Part shown: positions 11,024 to 21,810 of the stretch, piece after piece
Layout of the letters: every line of letters begins with the position of its first letter
Numbering within the stretch: position 1 is the first letter of the stretch
From: Verrucomicrobiota bacterium
Lineage (GTDB): Bacteria > Verrucomicrobiota > Verrucomicrobiia > Limisphaerales > AAA164-E04
NCBI GenBank assembly: GCA_047947115.1
Contig: CP170459.1
Location: forward strand, 864,001-928,000
DNA: 64,000 bases
Reading direction: 5' to 3'
Translations under genes and position numbers: made by a program
Notes under the pieces: generated by a model
What the model was told of the DNA's origin: nothing
Database searches by the model: none
What the model saw: the letters and a program-made list of their open reading frames with translations, nothing else

Positions 11024-11569
11024 ATGAAATCACCTGTCATTCGATTATTCCTGATAGCTTTGAACGTGATAGCGCTGGATCAGGTGACAAAGTGGATGGT
11101 CACCGAGCGCTTGGCGCTTGACGAACAACGCGAATGGGTCGAGGGTTTCTTCCGCCTGGTTCACTGGGGAAACACCGGTGCAGCCTGGAGCATGTTTCGC
11201 GGCAACAACCATATCCTGGCAGGCGTGGCAATCATCGCGGTCGTGGTGCTCTTCATGGCGCGCAGACAGTTCGACGCTCATCGCCCCATCGGACAGATTG
11301 CGCTGGGGCTGATGTTCGGAGGAATCATCGGCAACCTGATCGATCGCTTTAGGATAGGTCACGTGGTGGATTTTATTTACTTTTTCACCTATCGAAAAGG
11401 TGGAGGAGAAATCGGTTTTCCAGCCTTCAACATCGCAGATTCGGCCATCTGTGTCGGAGTCTCCTTCCTATTTATTATCTCCATCCAAAAAGACATGGCA
11501 TCCAAAACACCCCCAACCCTGACACCCAGCGGTCCACCCAAACAAGGCGAACTGGACCTGAAACCTTGA
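11024..11569 (+). CDS. lspA: Lipoprotein signal peptidase II
   Basis: DQVTK, NTGAAWS, GNLIDR, VVDFI, FNIADSAI motifs. Confidence 0.96.
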   Translation: MKSPVIRLFLIALNVIALDQVTKWMVTERLALDEQREWVEGFFRLVHWGNTGAAWSMFRGNNHILAGVAIIAVVVLFMARRQFDAHRPIGQIALGLMFGGIIGNLIDRFRIGHVVDFIYFFTYRKGGGEIGFPAFNIADSAICVGVSFLFIISIQKDMASKTPPTLTPSGPPKQGELDLKP

Positions 11570-11581
11570 CTTTCCTCAGGG

Positions 11582-12538
11582 ATGCAACCCCATTCGGCAG
11601 AGGAAAAAGCGCTCCTGAAGTCCGCGCTCTGGATTGCAGGCCCCACCGCCTCCGGCAAAAGCGCCCTGGCTCTGGAACTGGCTCACGCAATGGACGGGGA
11701 GATCATCTCGGTCGATTCCATGCAGGTTTACAGAGGTATGGATATCGGCACCGCCAAACCCACAAAGGAAGAACAACAGCAGGTGCGTCACCACATGATC
11801 GATCTGGTGGAAGTGGACGTACCATTTGACGTGGCGCGCTTCCGGAGAGAAGCCTTGCTGGCGGCCTTGAACATTGCCAATCGACAACGCCGCATCCTGT
11901 TCTGCGGAGGCACCGGGTTCTACTTTCAAGCTCTTATACAAGGCATCGGCCATGCGCCTCCTTCGGATACTTTATTGAGGGAAGCGCTGAATGAACAATC
12001 GATCGAATCACTTTTGGATGAACTGGCAGGCACTGATCCGGCAACTTTCGAACGTATCGACCGCCAAAACAAACGCAAAATCGTCCGGGCCCTGGAGGTC
12101 GTTCGACTCACCGGGAAATCATTCACAACCTTCAAATCCGACTGGACCACCAACCCACTGATTGATCCCTCACGCTTCTGGATATTGGAACAGGAAACGG
12201 ACGCCCTCCGCGAACGGATAAACCAACGCGTCGATACCATGATAAAAACGGGTTGGATCGATGAAACCAAACGATTACTAGAAACCGGTCTTAGAAAAAA
12301 CACCACCGCGTGCCAGGCGATCGGCTACCGCCAAATCATGGACTACCTGAATGACAAACTGTCCCTTGAAGAAACCATATCCCTCATCAAAACCAAAACC
12401 TGGCAATTCGCAAAACGCCAACGCACCTGGTTCCGCCACCAAGCCCGCGGCACACAAATCCAAACGACACCAGGGAATCGACAGGAAACAATCAAAACGC
12501 TCATACAAAACATTCTGCGGGAACCTGCCAATAAGTAG
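11582..12538 (+). CDS. miaA: tRNA dimethylallyltransferase
   Basis: GPTASGKS, DSMQVYRGMDIGTAKP, GGTGFY, AIGY, AKRQRTWF. Confidence 0.96.
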   Translation: MQPHSAEEKALLKSALWIAGPTASGKSALALELAHAMDGEIISVDSMQVYRGMDIGTAKPTKEEQQQVRHHMIDLVEVDVPFDVARFRREALLAALNIANRQRRILFCGGTGFYFQALIQGIGHAPPSDTLLREALNEQSIESLLDELAGTDPATFERIDRQNKRKIVRALEVVRLTGKSFTTFKSDWTTNPLIDPSRFWILEQETDALRERINQRVDTMIKTGWIDETKRLLETGLRKNTTACQAIGYRQIMDYLNDKLSLEETISLIKTKTWQFAKRQRTWFRHQARGTQIQTTPGNRQETIKTLIQNILREPANK

Positions 12539-12613
12539 ATCGTGTCGTCTCTGGCGCGCGCCTTGACATCTTCAAATCATCATCTATCCAAGTTTCGGGA
12601 CTCACGCTGTTCA

Positions 12614-15600
12614 TCACTGTTCAAGGGATTGTAACATTTCAAGGCGAGTCCATTTGTTTCGATCCGTATCGTCCCGGATTTGATTTGAGTTGGCATTGAA
12701 ATATGCTTCCAATTCTTTTTTCTTTTCCTGAAGCAACGGTGTCATTCTCAGGGGAACTCCTTGTTCACGTAACCACTGCAGGGCTTCACGGTTGGCATCC
12801 ATCACTGTTTGTTCCAGTGGTAGCAGATCATTAGGCCCGAGTTGTGCGCGAAGTTGAGGAAAATCGGAAATCAATTCACCCAGGAACTTTTGCGTGGCAG
12901 GCCTGCTTTCCATGCTTCCAAAATGATTCCAAAAGGTTTCATAAGCGACTTCTTCTCGTTTTTCTTACGGTAACAAACTCATCAGCCCCTTCGCCGGCTC
13001 TATGTGCCGGTCAACAAACAAAGCCCAATCGATGGCGCGGTAAACCCATATCATCTTTGAGATTAGGGTTTATATGATGAACGACGGGATCAATATCACC
13101 CTGGCCAGACGCTAGCTTCATCAGTTCATTGAGGAGATAATGTTCTGTTCTACGCGACATTAAGGATTGAATGGGTGTTACTCCCACGAAATTTTGAGAA
13201 TTGATATCCGCTCCATGCTTGATTAACAGCCGTGTTATTTCGTCACCTAACACCACACCCACATGCAGCGGAGATGTCCACCCCCATAGTTGATCGCGGT
13301 CATCGGGCTTCGATTCCATAACTAAATTTTTCCTTATGCCCATTATTAGAAGAGTTGAAATCTCGTACATTTGGAAATAAGTAGACTCTTTTGGCTGAGA
13401 TCGAGATGAAAATAATCCGCTGCGCCAAAAGAAGTCATCTGCTTCCTCTACCACTCCCATCCTATTAGGATCAGCTCCGTGGTTGAGAAGCAGCTGCGCT
13501 ATTTCCAATTGCTTGTGAGGCTCTAAAATGGAATGCGCGAGTTGAGAGAGCAACGGGGTCAATCCGCAACGATTGGTGACGTTCACATTAGCTCCCTTTT
13601 CAATGAACAGCTCACTCATTTTAGTGAAGCCAAGCAGTGAACTGTAATGCAGCGGACTATTCCCTGCAGTTAAGAATGTGGTAAAAAGTTGAGAATTACG
13701 ACCACCACGCCGTCCTTGTTCGATTGTTGGCAATCCCTGACCAAGATATATATTCCTACCAGGATTGCCATTACTCCGGTTAAATCCAGTGACTTGATTC
13801 AGGTCCGCACCAGCCTCAACCAATGCCGTTGCAATCGCCAAGAACCCTTTTACAGCGGCAATATGCAGTGGTGAGGAATAAAAAGGCTCCATAGCATTCA
13901 AATCAATACCACCCATTTGAATCAAGTGTTCCACAACGCTGAGATTTCCCCTTTCGACAGCAATGTGCAAAGCCGTTTTGCCAGAACGGTCCCGCACATT
14001 CATGTCGGTTCCCTGCTCTGCAAGAAAATCAATGACTTTAAGGTAACCATTCATCGCTGCTTGATGAATAGGCGCCTGCCCATGAATAGTTACATGAGTG
14101 AGTAAATCCGGTTGTTCTCGCAACTTGGCTTTCAAATCATTGAGCATGGTTTCCTCCGGACTAGGGGAAACTTTCACCGATTGAGATCCTTGAACCCTAG
14201 GAGGATCGTTCCAATATCCGCAACTTGACTTTAAGCTGCTCGATCGATTGCCCCACAACTTCCTTCATCTGTTTCTGAACAGAATCCAGTTTGGCTTTTT
14301 GCTCTTGGATACGAGGATGGGCCTCGCCCAATACTTGCAATAAACCCTCTAACTCGGTTGTCAGAATTGATTTTTCGTTCAACAGGTTGGTCGGCACTTT
14401 GTGATCCGTTTCCTGGATGAGCATCTGGATGGCAAGGTCGGTGGATGCTTTTTCCAGTTCTTCGATGAAGAGTTTGAGCGTCTCAGGCTGATCCACGAGT
14501 TTTGGAACGTTATTGCTCTCGGCAGCATTGTCAGCATTCTCCAGGATACGAAGCTTTATCCTCAACTGCTCAATGAAGGTTTGCACAGACTCATATAGTT
14601 GGTCGTAGATAAAATCTCGTTTCGCTTTCAGTTCCGCATACAATAGGTGTTTCTCCTTTAATTTTGACAGCTCGAATTCGGCGTCCAATTTTTCCTTTAA
14701 CAATTCAGCAGGCAATTCTATTTCCGCCTCCTTTTTCAACATTTGAAGTGCGACATCGGTGGAAGCTTTTTCAAGCTCATCGATGAGAACTCTTAAAGTT
14801 TCAGCTCGATCAACCAACTTGATTGATCGAATGCCAGGAAGAATTTCTGCTGAATCTTGAGAGGATTGCACCGTTCCACCCCCTTCCTTTCGATTCAATG
14901 CTTTTAATCTGATTTCCAGGAATTTGACTGCTTTTGTAGCATGCTCCCGCATCTGTTTCTCTAACGCAGAAACTTTGAGCTGCTGTTCAACGAGCGGCGG
15001 CCACTTTTCCTTATATCGGGTGCGAAGCTGAGCAAGTTCGGCTTGGGCGATCCGGTATTGACTCAGCAAATCTCCGGCAAGTGTATCTTTCGTAAATTCC
15101 ACCAACATCTGCATAGCTTCGTCGGGAGAGGCCTCTTTGATTTGATCCATGACAAAGTCCAACGATTCTGGATGATTCATGAGCGTTTCATCGCTTGAAA
15201 TGATGAAAGGATTAACCTTTGGTTGCTCACGCTTGGGGACAAATCTCTGACTCAACATTACAAGACTCTGCTTGTCAGGAAACTCCCTGACGATGCGCTC
15301 ATAAAGCGGAGCCGCTTCATCGATGCGGCCGAGTTTACGGAGTGATTCGGCCAGTCGATACATGCTCATCGCGAGCACATCGCGTTGGGCGTCGTAGGTA
15401 GTGAGGATGGATTGATAATGTTCGACCGCTTTCTCCAGGTCCTGATGCACTTCTTCCTGAATCAAACCCTGATCGAATTGCTCGCGCCAATTCAATTCGG
15501 CCGAAAAAATGGATAGAGTAGACAAACAGGCAAGAAGAAACAGGACTGCGCATTCTTTGCCCAGATGAAACAGTCTCCCTTCAAATCCTTTTCCCACCTC

Positions 15601-15684
15601 TGCGCCTCCGCGCCTCGAGCGCAGCGGGCGTGAGATAAGTAGATGGCGACGATACGGGTTTTGATAATCTTTCATGACAGTCAT
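12614..15684 (-). pseudogene. TPR + coiled-coil repeats + ankyrin-repeat exported protein, split into three ORFs (14197..15684, 13011..14258, 12614..12913)
   Basis: N-terminal TPR-like segment (QGLIQEEVHQDLEKAVEHYQ..LYERIVREFPD) and ankyrin repeats (GKTALHIAVERGNLSVVEHLI). Frame change near 14200, a second near 13040 restoring G-x-AIDWAL, and an in-frame TAA at 12967-12965. Confidence 0.65.
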
Positions 15685-15735
15685 TATGTGATGATTGTTT
15701 CAAACTCATTGAAATGGATTGTGCATGGCAAGTTG

Positions 15736-16452
15736 TCAGGGTTTTGTGAATGTTTCCTTCAAAACAAGCCGATAACCCACTCCATGCACGGTTTGGATCC
15801 AGCGGGGTTCGTCCGGTTTGGATTCCAGTTTCTTTCGCAGTTGCAGGATGTGGGTATCCACGGTGCGCGTGGAGGGAAAGGCCGTGAATCCCCAGACTTG
15901 ATCCAAAAACTGATCCCGACTCACCGGTGAACCTTCCGCCTGCGCCAACAGACGCAACATGGCGTACTCGCGAGCCGTCAATTCGAGAGAACATCCTTTG
16001 CGAGTAGCTTCCTGTCGTGCCAGATCAATTCGAATATTGCCCAGATTTAGAATGGTTGGTCCTTCCGATCGTTGTTTGCGTCGGAGCAATGCCCGGATGC
16101 GGGCGAGCAGTTCTTCGGTGCTGAAGGGTTTGATCAGATAATCGTCCGCGCCGGCGTCCAGTCCCTGCACCCGATCGTTGACCTGTCCTTTTGCGGTCAA
16201 CATCAGGACAGGAACCAAGGAACCGGCCTGGCGCAACGAAACACAGACGTTGAAACCGCTCATGCCCGGCATCATCACATCCAGTAAAAGCAGATCCGGT
16301 TTCTCCTGGAGGGCCTTCTCCAGGCCGTCCGGACCATCCGACGCAGTCATGATTCGATACCCCTCATGCGCCAGACAATCCTCCAGGGCGCGGCGCATGG
16401 GCAGCTCATCTTCCACGATCAGAATGCGTGCTTTCGGCAGTGACTCGTTCAC
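15736..16452 (-). CDS. OmpR-family DNA-binding response regulator
   Basis: ILIVEDE, LLDVMMPG, LMLTAK, GADDYLIKPF, RTVDTHI, TVHGVGY. GTG start at 16452 overlaps the kinase stop (GTGA). Confidence 0.95.
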   Translation of the reverse strand: MNESLPKARILIVEDELPMRRALEDCLAHEGYRIMTASDGPDGLEKALQEKPDLLLLDVMMPGMSGFNVCVSLRQAGSLVPVLMLTAKGQVNDRVQGLDAGADDYLIKPFSTEELLARIRALLRRKQRSEGPTILNLGNIRIDLARQEATRKGCSLELTAREYAMLRLLAQAEGSPVSRDQFLDQVWGFTAFPSTRTVDTHILQLRKKLESKPDEPRWIQTVHGVGYRLVLKETFTKP

Positions 16453-18544
16453 AGCATTCCTTTCTGTTTCGGTAGAAGCGGCAGGGACAAGACGAAACAC
16501 GCCCCGCCGTCCGGCGCTTGTTCCACTCGAACACTTCCCTGATGTGCCTGCGCTGTGTGCCAGACCAGGTTGAGTCCAATGCCAACACCCTTTGTCCTGC
16601 GGGTCATTTCGGATCCCAATCGTTCGAATGGCCTAAAGATACGCTCCCGATCTGCGGGATCAATTCCGGGCCCCTGATCGATCACACAAAAATCAATGCA
16701 CGCATTCTCCTCACGCAAGACAAGCTCAGCACGCACCACGCTACCCTTCGCAGTGTGTTTGACGGCATTATCGATGAGATTGACCAAGGCCTGGTGGATG
16801 GCTTGTCCATCCCACATGGCATCGGGCAAAGCTGGGGTATCACTTTGAGACAGATGCCTCACCTCTGACTGAAGCTTGACCTGAACACTGGCAGCCAAGG
16901 GTTCCATGAGCCTCAGCGTTTCCCCAAACAAACGCGTGATATCGACGGCTTCGAAGCTGTAATCACGTTTCCCCAATTCAAGCCGGGAGAACTGGAGGAT
17001 GTTTTGCACCAAAGCACTCAGGCGACGGCATTCCAGTCCGATCCATTGAAAGTAATCCTGACGCTCGGCATCGGTGCGCCCCTTCTGATGGCTCAAGTTT
17101 TCGGTCATCAGCCGAATCGAAGCAATCGGCGCTCGCAATTCATGGGACACACTTGCCACAAAATTGCTCTTCATGCGCCCCAGTTCCACCTGACGTCTGA
17201 ACGCCTTCCATTGCGCAACCCATCCGACCAAACCAGTAACCCCGGCGAGTCCGATCAGCCACAGCATGGATCGAGTGCGCTGGCGTGATAGGGCGAAGTA
17301 GGATTCGGGATTCTTGAGCACACAACGCAAACGAACCGGAGCCGATGTCTCAGAATCCAATGTCACCTCCATAGGTTCCAAAGTCGATTCACTGGTTTCA
17401 TCATCAAACCATGACCCATCTTTTGGCGGGAGAGTCAGAATATCTCTGCCAGCGATTTCAATGGTGAGTTGAAATAAGGATGCATCACCGATGGAACCAA
17501 GCCCCTCTCTCAACCATTACCAACAGATCTTTCGATCATTTGTTTTTCGGTGAGTAGAAAAATAGATTTTTCAACTGTTCCCTTGGAACGTAAAAGAAGA
17601 TAGGAGGAATTATTCAAATCCACCCATCGTGGTTTAAAAGATTGGTCTTGAGCCCACTCTCCCCATTGTTCTTTGGGAGTCAATCGATAGAAACCTCGCA
17701 CCACCTCCGTTTGATCAAGGTAATTTAAAATCGATCGTCCATAGTGGTATTCTCCTACTTTTTGTTCCACTTCGATAAAACATTTTACTATTTGCTTTGT
17801 CCATGGATTCGGATTTCGACTTAGTCGCGAAGCAATAGGTGAAAAATGCGCACCGAGAAGCCCCTTTCGCCGTATGTCATCAGGTATCCCATCAAACAAG
17901 GGCTCTATCAACTGCAATTCGAGAAAATCCACAGCTACTTTCAGGGGCATACCCGATTCAATAAGAACATCATCGGCGACTGTCTCTCGAAAGGATTTTA
18001 AGAGGTCATGCGTTTCTTCAAATCGCCCCAATCGAAGCATTAATACCAACTTGCGGTAAGCCATTAAGGCATCAAAAGGCTCTGGTGGATTCTGTTTCTG
18101 AAAAACCTCGGCACTATTGTGTGCCATTTGTAAGTCCAAATTCGAATGAGCTTGTTGCCAGAGAACAGATTCAAATTCACTCAACCGTGCCCACGGCAAA
18201 GGTTTCGGGTCGGGCAACACTTCGGCAATGGGCCACTCGGGTAAGAGGCACTCCCCTGTTGGATCGATCAAAAGGTGCATTTGATAGGGTGATTGTTGAG
18301 GAAACACAGGAGTCTCTACTTGTGGATTAACAGAATGAGCCCACCTAAGATTGTGATCCACTCGTTTGATTGCTCTGGACGCTGCCTTTTGGATGATTTC
18401 GTAGGCTTCCTGACGAGCAAGTTTTCTTTCCTGGTAAACGATCCACGATCCGATCACCACCAAGGCCAAAACAGGAGCCAAAGACAACCAGGCCCGCCAG
18501 GCTAAACGAGGCTTTTGGAACTCGGTGGATGGAACGGTTTTCAT
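16449..18544 (-). pseudogene. Sensor histidine kinase split by a frameshift (ORFs 17510..18574 and 16449..17513)
   Basis: C-terminal ORF has TM, FVASVSHELRAP, NLIDNAVK, DQGPGI, GVGIGL. N-terminal ORF has TM1 and a periplasmic domain. The junction reads GGT AAT GGT TGA with a TTG one frame back and a TAA just before it; one added base fuses them. Confidence 0.7.
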
Positions 18545-18695
18545 GCGGTTTTGTAACTGGATTGCATCAAACATTAGAATCGACTCTCACTATCTGCAAT
18601 CCATTAAACCCGAAAGCCTTCACCCAGATGTCAAGGTTCTGTCAAATCGGTGGAGTTGAGTTTTGTATGTTCTGGGGTGTTCCTCTGGGCGATGG

Positions 18696-18998
18696 TCGTG
18701 AACATGCATGCCACAAGGACGCGCCAGGGACGGCACGATCTACCCTATGACAATTGCAGGTAGTGTCCCGACAATTCGGGATCTCGATGCGCCCGCGAGC
18801 GGCAGCGATGCGGTTGTGGGGTGTCCAATGCCCTTGGGATTCCCTTTGCACGGCAATCGTGAACATGCATGCCACAAGGACGCGCCAGGGACGGCACGTT
18901 CTATCTAAAGTGTTACCCATGTCTTGCACTCACCGGGGACCTCTAATTCACTATTCACTATTTTAAATTCACTATTCAAAAGGACGGCACGTTCTACC
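18696..18998. repeat. REP-like composite repeat, copy 1 (GTAG-type hairpins plus ATTCACT heptamers)
   Basis: tcgtgaacatgcatgccacaaggacgcgccagggacggcacg at 18696 and 18857, partial at 18982; GGTAGTGTCCCGACAATTCGGGA hairpin near 18759; homologous to 21255-21530. Confidence 0.85.
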
Positions 18999-19111
18999 AC
19001 CTCACCACCCACTCAAAAAGGATGTTACGCGCCTGTAAAACAGCTCGTGAGAATTTCCTTTTGACGCGATCGTCAATCCCCCACATCCTGTCGGGCATCC
19101 AAGTCTACATC

Positions 19112-20689
19112 ATGAACACTTTAATGGTCTTTTTTTCGGAACGTTCACTGCGTGGCATCACGATCGCAATGCTTTGCGCGACGACCTCTTTAACCCTCTT
19201 CTCTACCTCAAGCATCCAGGCGGCGGACCGCCCCAATGTTGTACTGGTGATGGCGGATGATTTGGGTATCGGTGACATTTCGCCCACCAATCCGGATTGC
19301 AAAATCAAGACGCCCCGCCTGAAACGCATGGCTGCCGAGGGTTTGACCTTTGTGGATGCTCACACGCCCAGTTCGGTCTGCACACCCACACGATACGGTC
19401 TTCTTACCGGTCGTTACAACTGGCGATCACGTCTCGCGCGCGGCGTCCTCAGCGGCACGAGCGCACATTTGATCCCGGCAGATCGCCCCACACTGGGACA
19501 TCTGATGCGTGGCGCCGGCTACCACACCTCCATGATCGGCAAGTGGCACCTGGGTTGGGACTGGAACAAACCGGACGGAAAGGAAATTGATTTCACACAA
19601 CCCGTCTTGAACGGCCCCGACATCAATGGATTTGACCAATACTATGCCCACTGCGGATCTCTCGATATGCCGCCCTACGTGTGGGTGGATACCGGCCGTA
19701 TCACAGCGCAACCCGACCGTACGGAAGGCGTCACCAAGCAAGAGGATCGATACGGCTGGTATCGCAAAGGCCCCATAGGATCGGACTTTCACATTGATGA
19801 AGTGTTACCTCACTTATTCGGCAAGGCCATGGATCGAATCAAGGAACGCTCGGGCGAAGCCAAACAGGGCAATCCCTTCTTCATCTACCTGGCTCTTCCG
19901 GCTCCCCACACACCCATCGTTCCGGTTCCGCCTTTCAAGGATGCCAGCGGCTTGAATCCGTATGCCGATTTTGTGATGCAAGTGGATCATCACATGGGCG
20001 AGTTGTTGAACACCTTGAAAGAAGCCGGTATCGATCAAAACACACTGGTCCTGTTCACCAGCGACAATGGTTGTTCACCTGAAGCCAACTTTCCATTATT
20101 GGAAGAGCATGGACATGATCCGAGCGCAATCTACCGTGGACACAAGGCCGACATCTACGAAGGCGGTCATCGTGTTCCCCTGATCGCCCGATGGCCTGGT
20201 CACATCGAGAAGGGTCGCACCACCAAAGCCCTGGCCTGCCTGACCGATATATATGCCACCTTGGAAGACATCACCGGTCAAAACCGAAAAGCCCACGGGG
20301 GCGAGGATGGATTCAGCTTGTTGCCCGTCTTCAAAGGCGAAGAAACATCAGGACGTCATGCGTTGGTCAGTCATTCCATTGGAGGTTCGTTTGCGATTCG
20401 TGATGGCGATTGGAAACTTTGTTTATCGGCCGGCAGCGGAGGATGGAGCGACCCACGCGAAAACGTCGCCAAACAACAGGGACTCCCTCCCATCCAACTG
20501 TTCCATCTGGGAGTGGATCCAGGCGAAACCCACAATTTGTCAGCCATTTACCCTGAAAAAGTCGACGCATTGATTGGCCTGTTGAGCACCTATGTGGAAG
20601 AAGGACGCTCCACGCCGGGCAAAGCGATTTCAAACGACCGGGACATCCAGTTCCTGCCCGACGCGCTCACTTCGCCAAAAGCCAATTGA
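19112..20689 (+). CDS. Arylsulfatase (formylglycine-dependent S1 sulfatase), exported
   Basis: RPNVVLVMADDLG, CTPTRYGLLTGRY, GKWHLG, SDNG, YEGGHRVP. Confidence 0.95.
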   Translation: MNTLMVFFSERSLRGITIAMLCATTSLTLFSTSSIQAADRPNVVLVMADDLGIGDISPTNPDCKIKTPRLKRMAAEGLTFVDAHTPSSVCTPTRYGLLTGRYNWRSRLARGVLSGTSAHLIPADRPTLGHLMRGAGYHTSMIGKWHLGWDWNKPDGKEIDFTQPVLNGPDINGFDQYYAHCGSLDMPPYVWVDTGRITAQPDRTEGVTKQEDRYGWYRKGPIGSDFHIDEVLPHLFGKAMDRIKERSGEAKQGNPFFIYLALPAPHTPIVPVPPFKDASGLNPYADFVMQVDHHMGELLNTLKEAGIDQNTLVLFTSDNGCSPEANFPLLEEHGHDPSAIYRGHKADIYEGGHRVPLIARWPGHIEKGRTTKALACLTDIYATLEDITGQNRKAHGGEDGFSLLPVFKGEETSGRHALVSHSIGGSFAIRDGDWKLCLSAGSGGWSDPRENVAKQQGLPPIQLFHLGVDPGETHNLSAIYPEKVDALIGLLSTYVEEGRSTPGKAISNDRDIQFLPDALTSPKAN

Positions 20690-20721
20690 ATTCTTTCCCA
20701 ATCAAGCTTATATACAATTCT

Positions 20722-21204
20722 ATGGCAAAAGGCATTGAGTTATCATTAAAAGAAGGCGACAAAGCACCCGCGTTCAAGACAAGCACCAACGGAGGAACAA
20801 CGGTACAACTCAAGGATTTTAAGGGCAAATACGTCGTGTTGTATTTTTATCCCAAAGACAACACGCCAGGTTGCAACAAGGAAGCCTGCGCCTTTCGGGA
20901 TCGGCATGGCGAATTCGGCGAGGCCAACGCGGTGGTGTTGGGGGTCAGCGTTGATTCGGTCAAGTCACATGACAAATTTGTGGACAAGTTTGATCTGCCC
21001 TTTCAACTGCTGTCGGATGAGAGCAAGGAAATCGTCAATGCCTACGGGGTATGGGGACAGAAGCAATTCATGGGGCGTACATTTGACGGCACCCATCGCG
21101 TGACCTTTCTGATCGATCCCAAAGGCAAGATCGCCAAGATCTGGCCCAAGGTAAAACCGGAAACCCATCCGGCGGAAGTGTTGGAGGCGATTCAGGCATT
21201 GTAG
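20722..21204 (+). CDS. bcp: Thioredoxin-dependent peroxiredoxin (BCP/PrxQ)
   Basis: YFYPKDNTPGCNKEACAFRD motif. Confidence 0.94.
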   Translation: MAKGIELSLKEGDKAPAFKTSTNGGTTVQLKDFKGKYVVLYFYPKDNTPGCNKEACAFRDRHGEFGEANAVVLGVSVDSVKSHDKFVDKFDLPFQLLSDESKEIVNAYGVWGQKQFMGRTFDGTHRVTFLIDPKGKIAKIWPKVKPETHPAEVLEAIQAL

Positions 21205-21254
21205 GGATTCTATTCGGAGGGGAACACGACTGCGTGGATCTCGATGCGGGGGCG

Positions 21255-21530
21255 GGTTTTCCATTGTCCTTGGGTTTTCCATTGCACGGGAGTTGTGAAG
21301 ATGTATGCCACAAGGCACGCGCCGAGGACGGCACGTTCTACCTTATGGTAACCGCAGGTAGTGTCCCGACAAGTCGGGATCTCGATGCGCCCGCGAGCGT
21401 CAGCGATGCGGATGTGGGGTGGTTGAATGGTGAATGGTGAATTTAGAATGGTGAATTTGGGGTTTTCCTTTGCACGGCTGTTGTGAAGATGTATGCCACA
21501 AGGCACGCGCCGGGGACCGCACGTTCTACC
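21255..21530. repeat. REP-like composite repeat, copy 2
   Basis: ttgtgaagatgtatgccacaaggcacgcgcc..gcacgttctacc twice; gcaggtagtgtcccgacaagtcgggatctcgatgcgcccgcgagcg block nearly identical to 18756-18811; TGAATGG heptamers at about 21424-21458. Confidence 0.85.
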
Positions 21531-21542
21531 TGTGGGAGAACG

Positions 21543-21776
21543 TCACTTTTTCTTGAACCACCAGAGTTCGGGGAATTCTTCTTCGTCTCGATCTTTGGGT
21601 GGGGATTTCAACAAGATAACGATGACTGAGAGGCTCAACAGAACAGTCATCCCCAAAAGCAGGTATTTGGCGAAAGTCAGTAAGGCTCCTACAATATCCG
21701 GCATTTCCATCTTTAAGACTCCTGCGTTAAACATACGACACACATGATCCGCCACAATTGCATCAAACGGATTCAC
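21543..21776 (-). CDS. Small membrane protein, hypothetical
   Basis: 77-aa ORF with one hydrophobic helix, downstream of the rhomboid gene on the same strand. Confidence 0.5.
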   Translation of the reverse strand: MNPFDAIVADHVCRMFNAGVLKMEMPDIVGALLTFAKYLLLGMTVLLSLSVIVILLKSPPKDRDEEEFPELWWFKKK

Positions 21777-21810
21777 CCAACGCCCATGGCTCCTGAAATC
21801 TACTTGTAAC

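Noticed and set aside
14190..14220. Programmed ribosomal frameshift joining the TPR and ankyrin ORFs
   Set aside because: No canonical slippery heptamer, and further lesions downstream favour mutation or assembly error.
18529..18966. Short ORFs over the repeat regions (also 21210..21506)
   Set aside because: Translations of REP DNA with no independent coding evidence.
18696..18998. Possible CRISPR array
   Set aside because: Only 2-3 units, spacing of about 160 bp, intervening sequence conserved in the second locus, and no cas genes. A REP-like element fits better.
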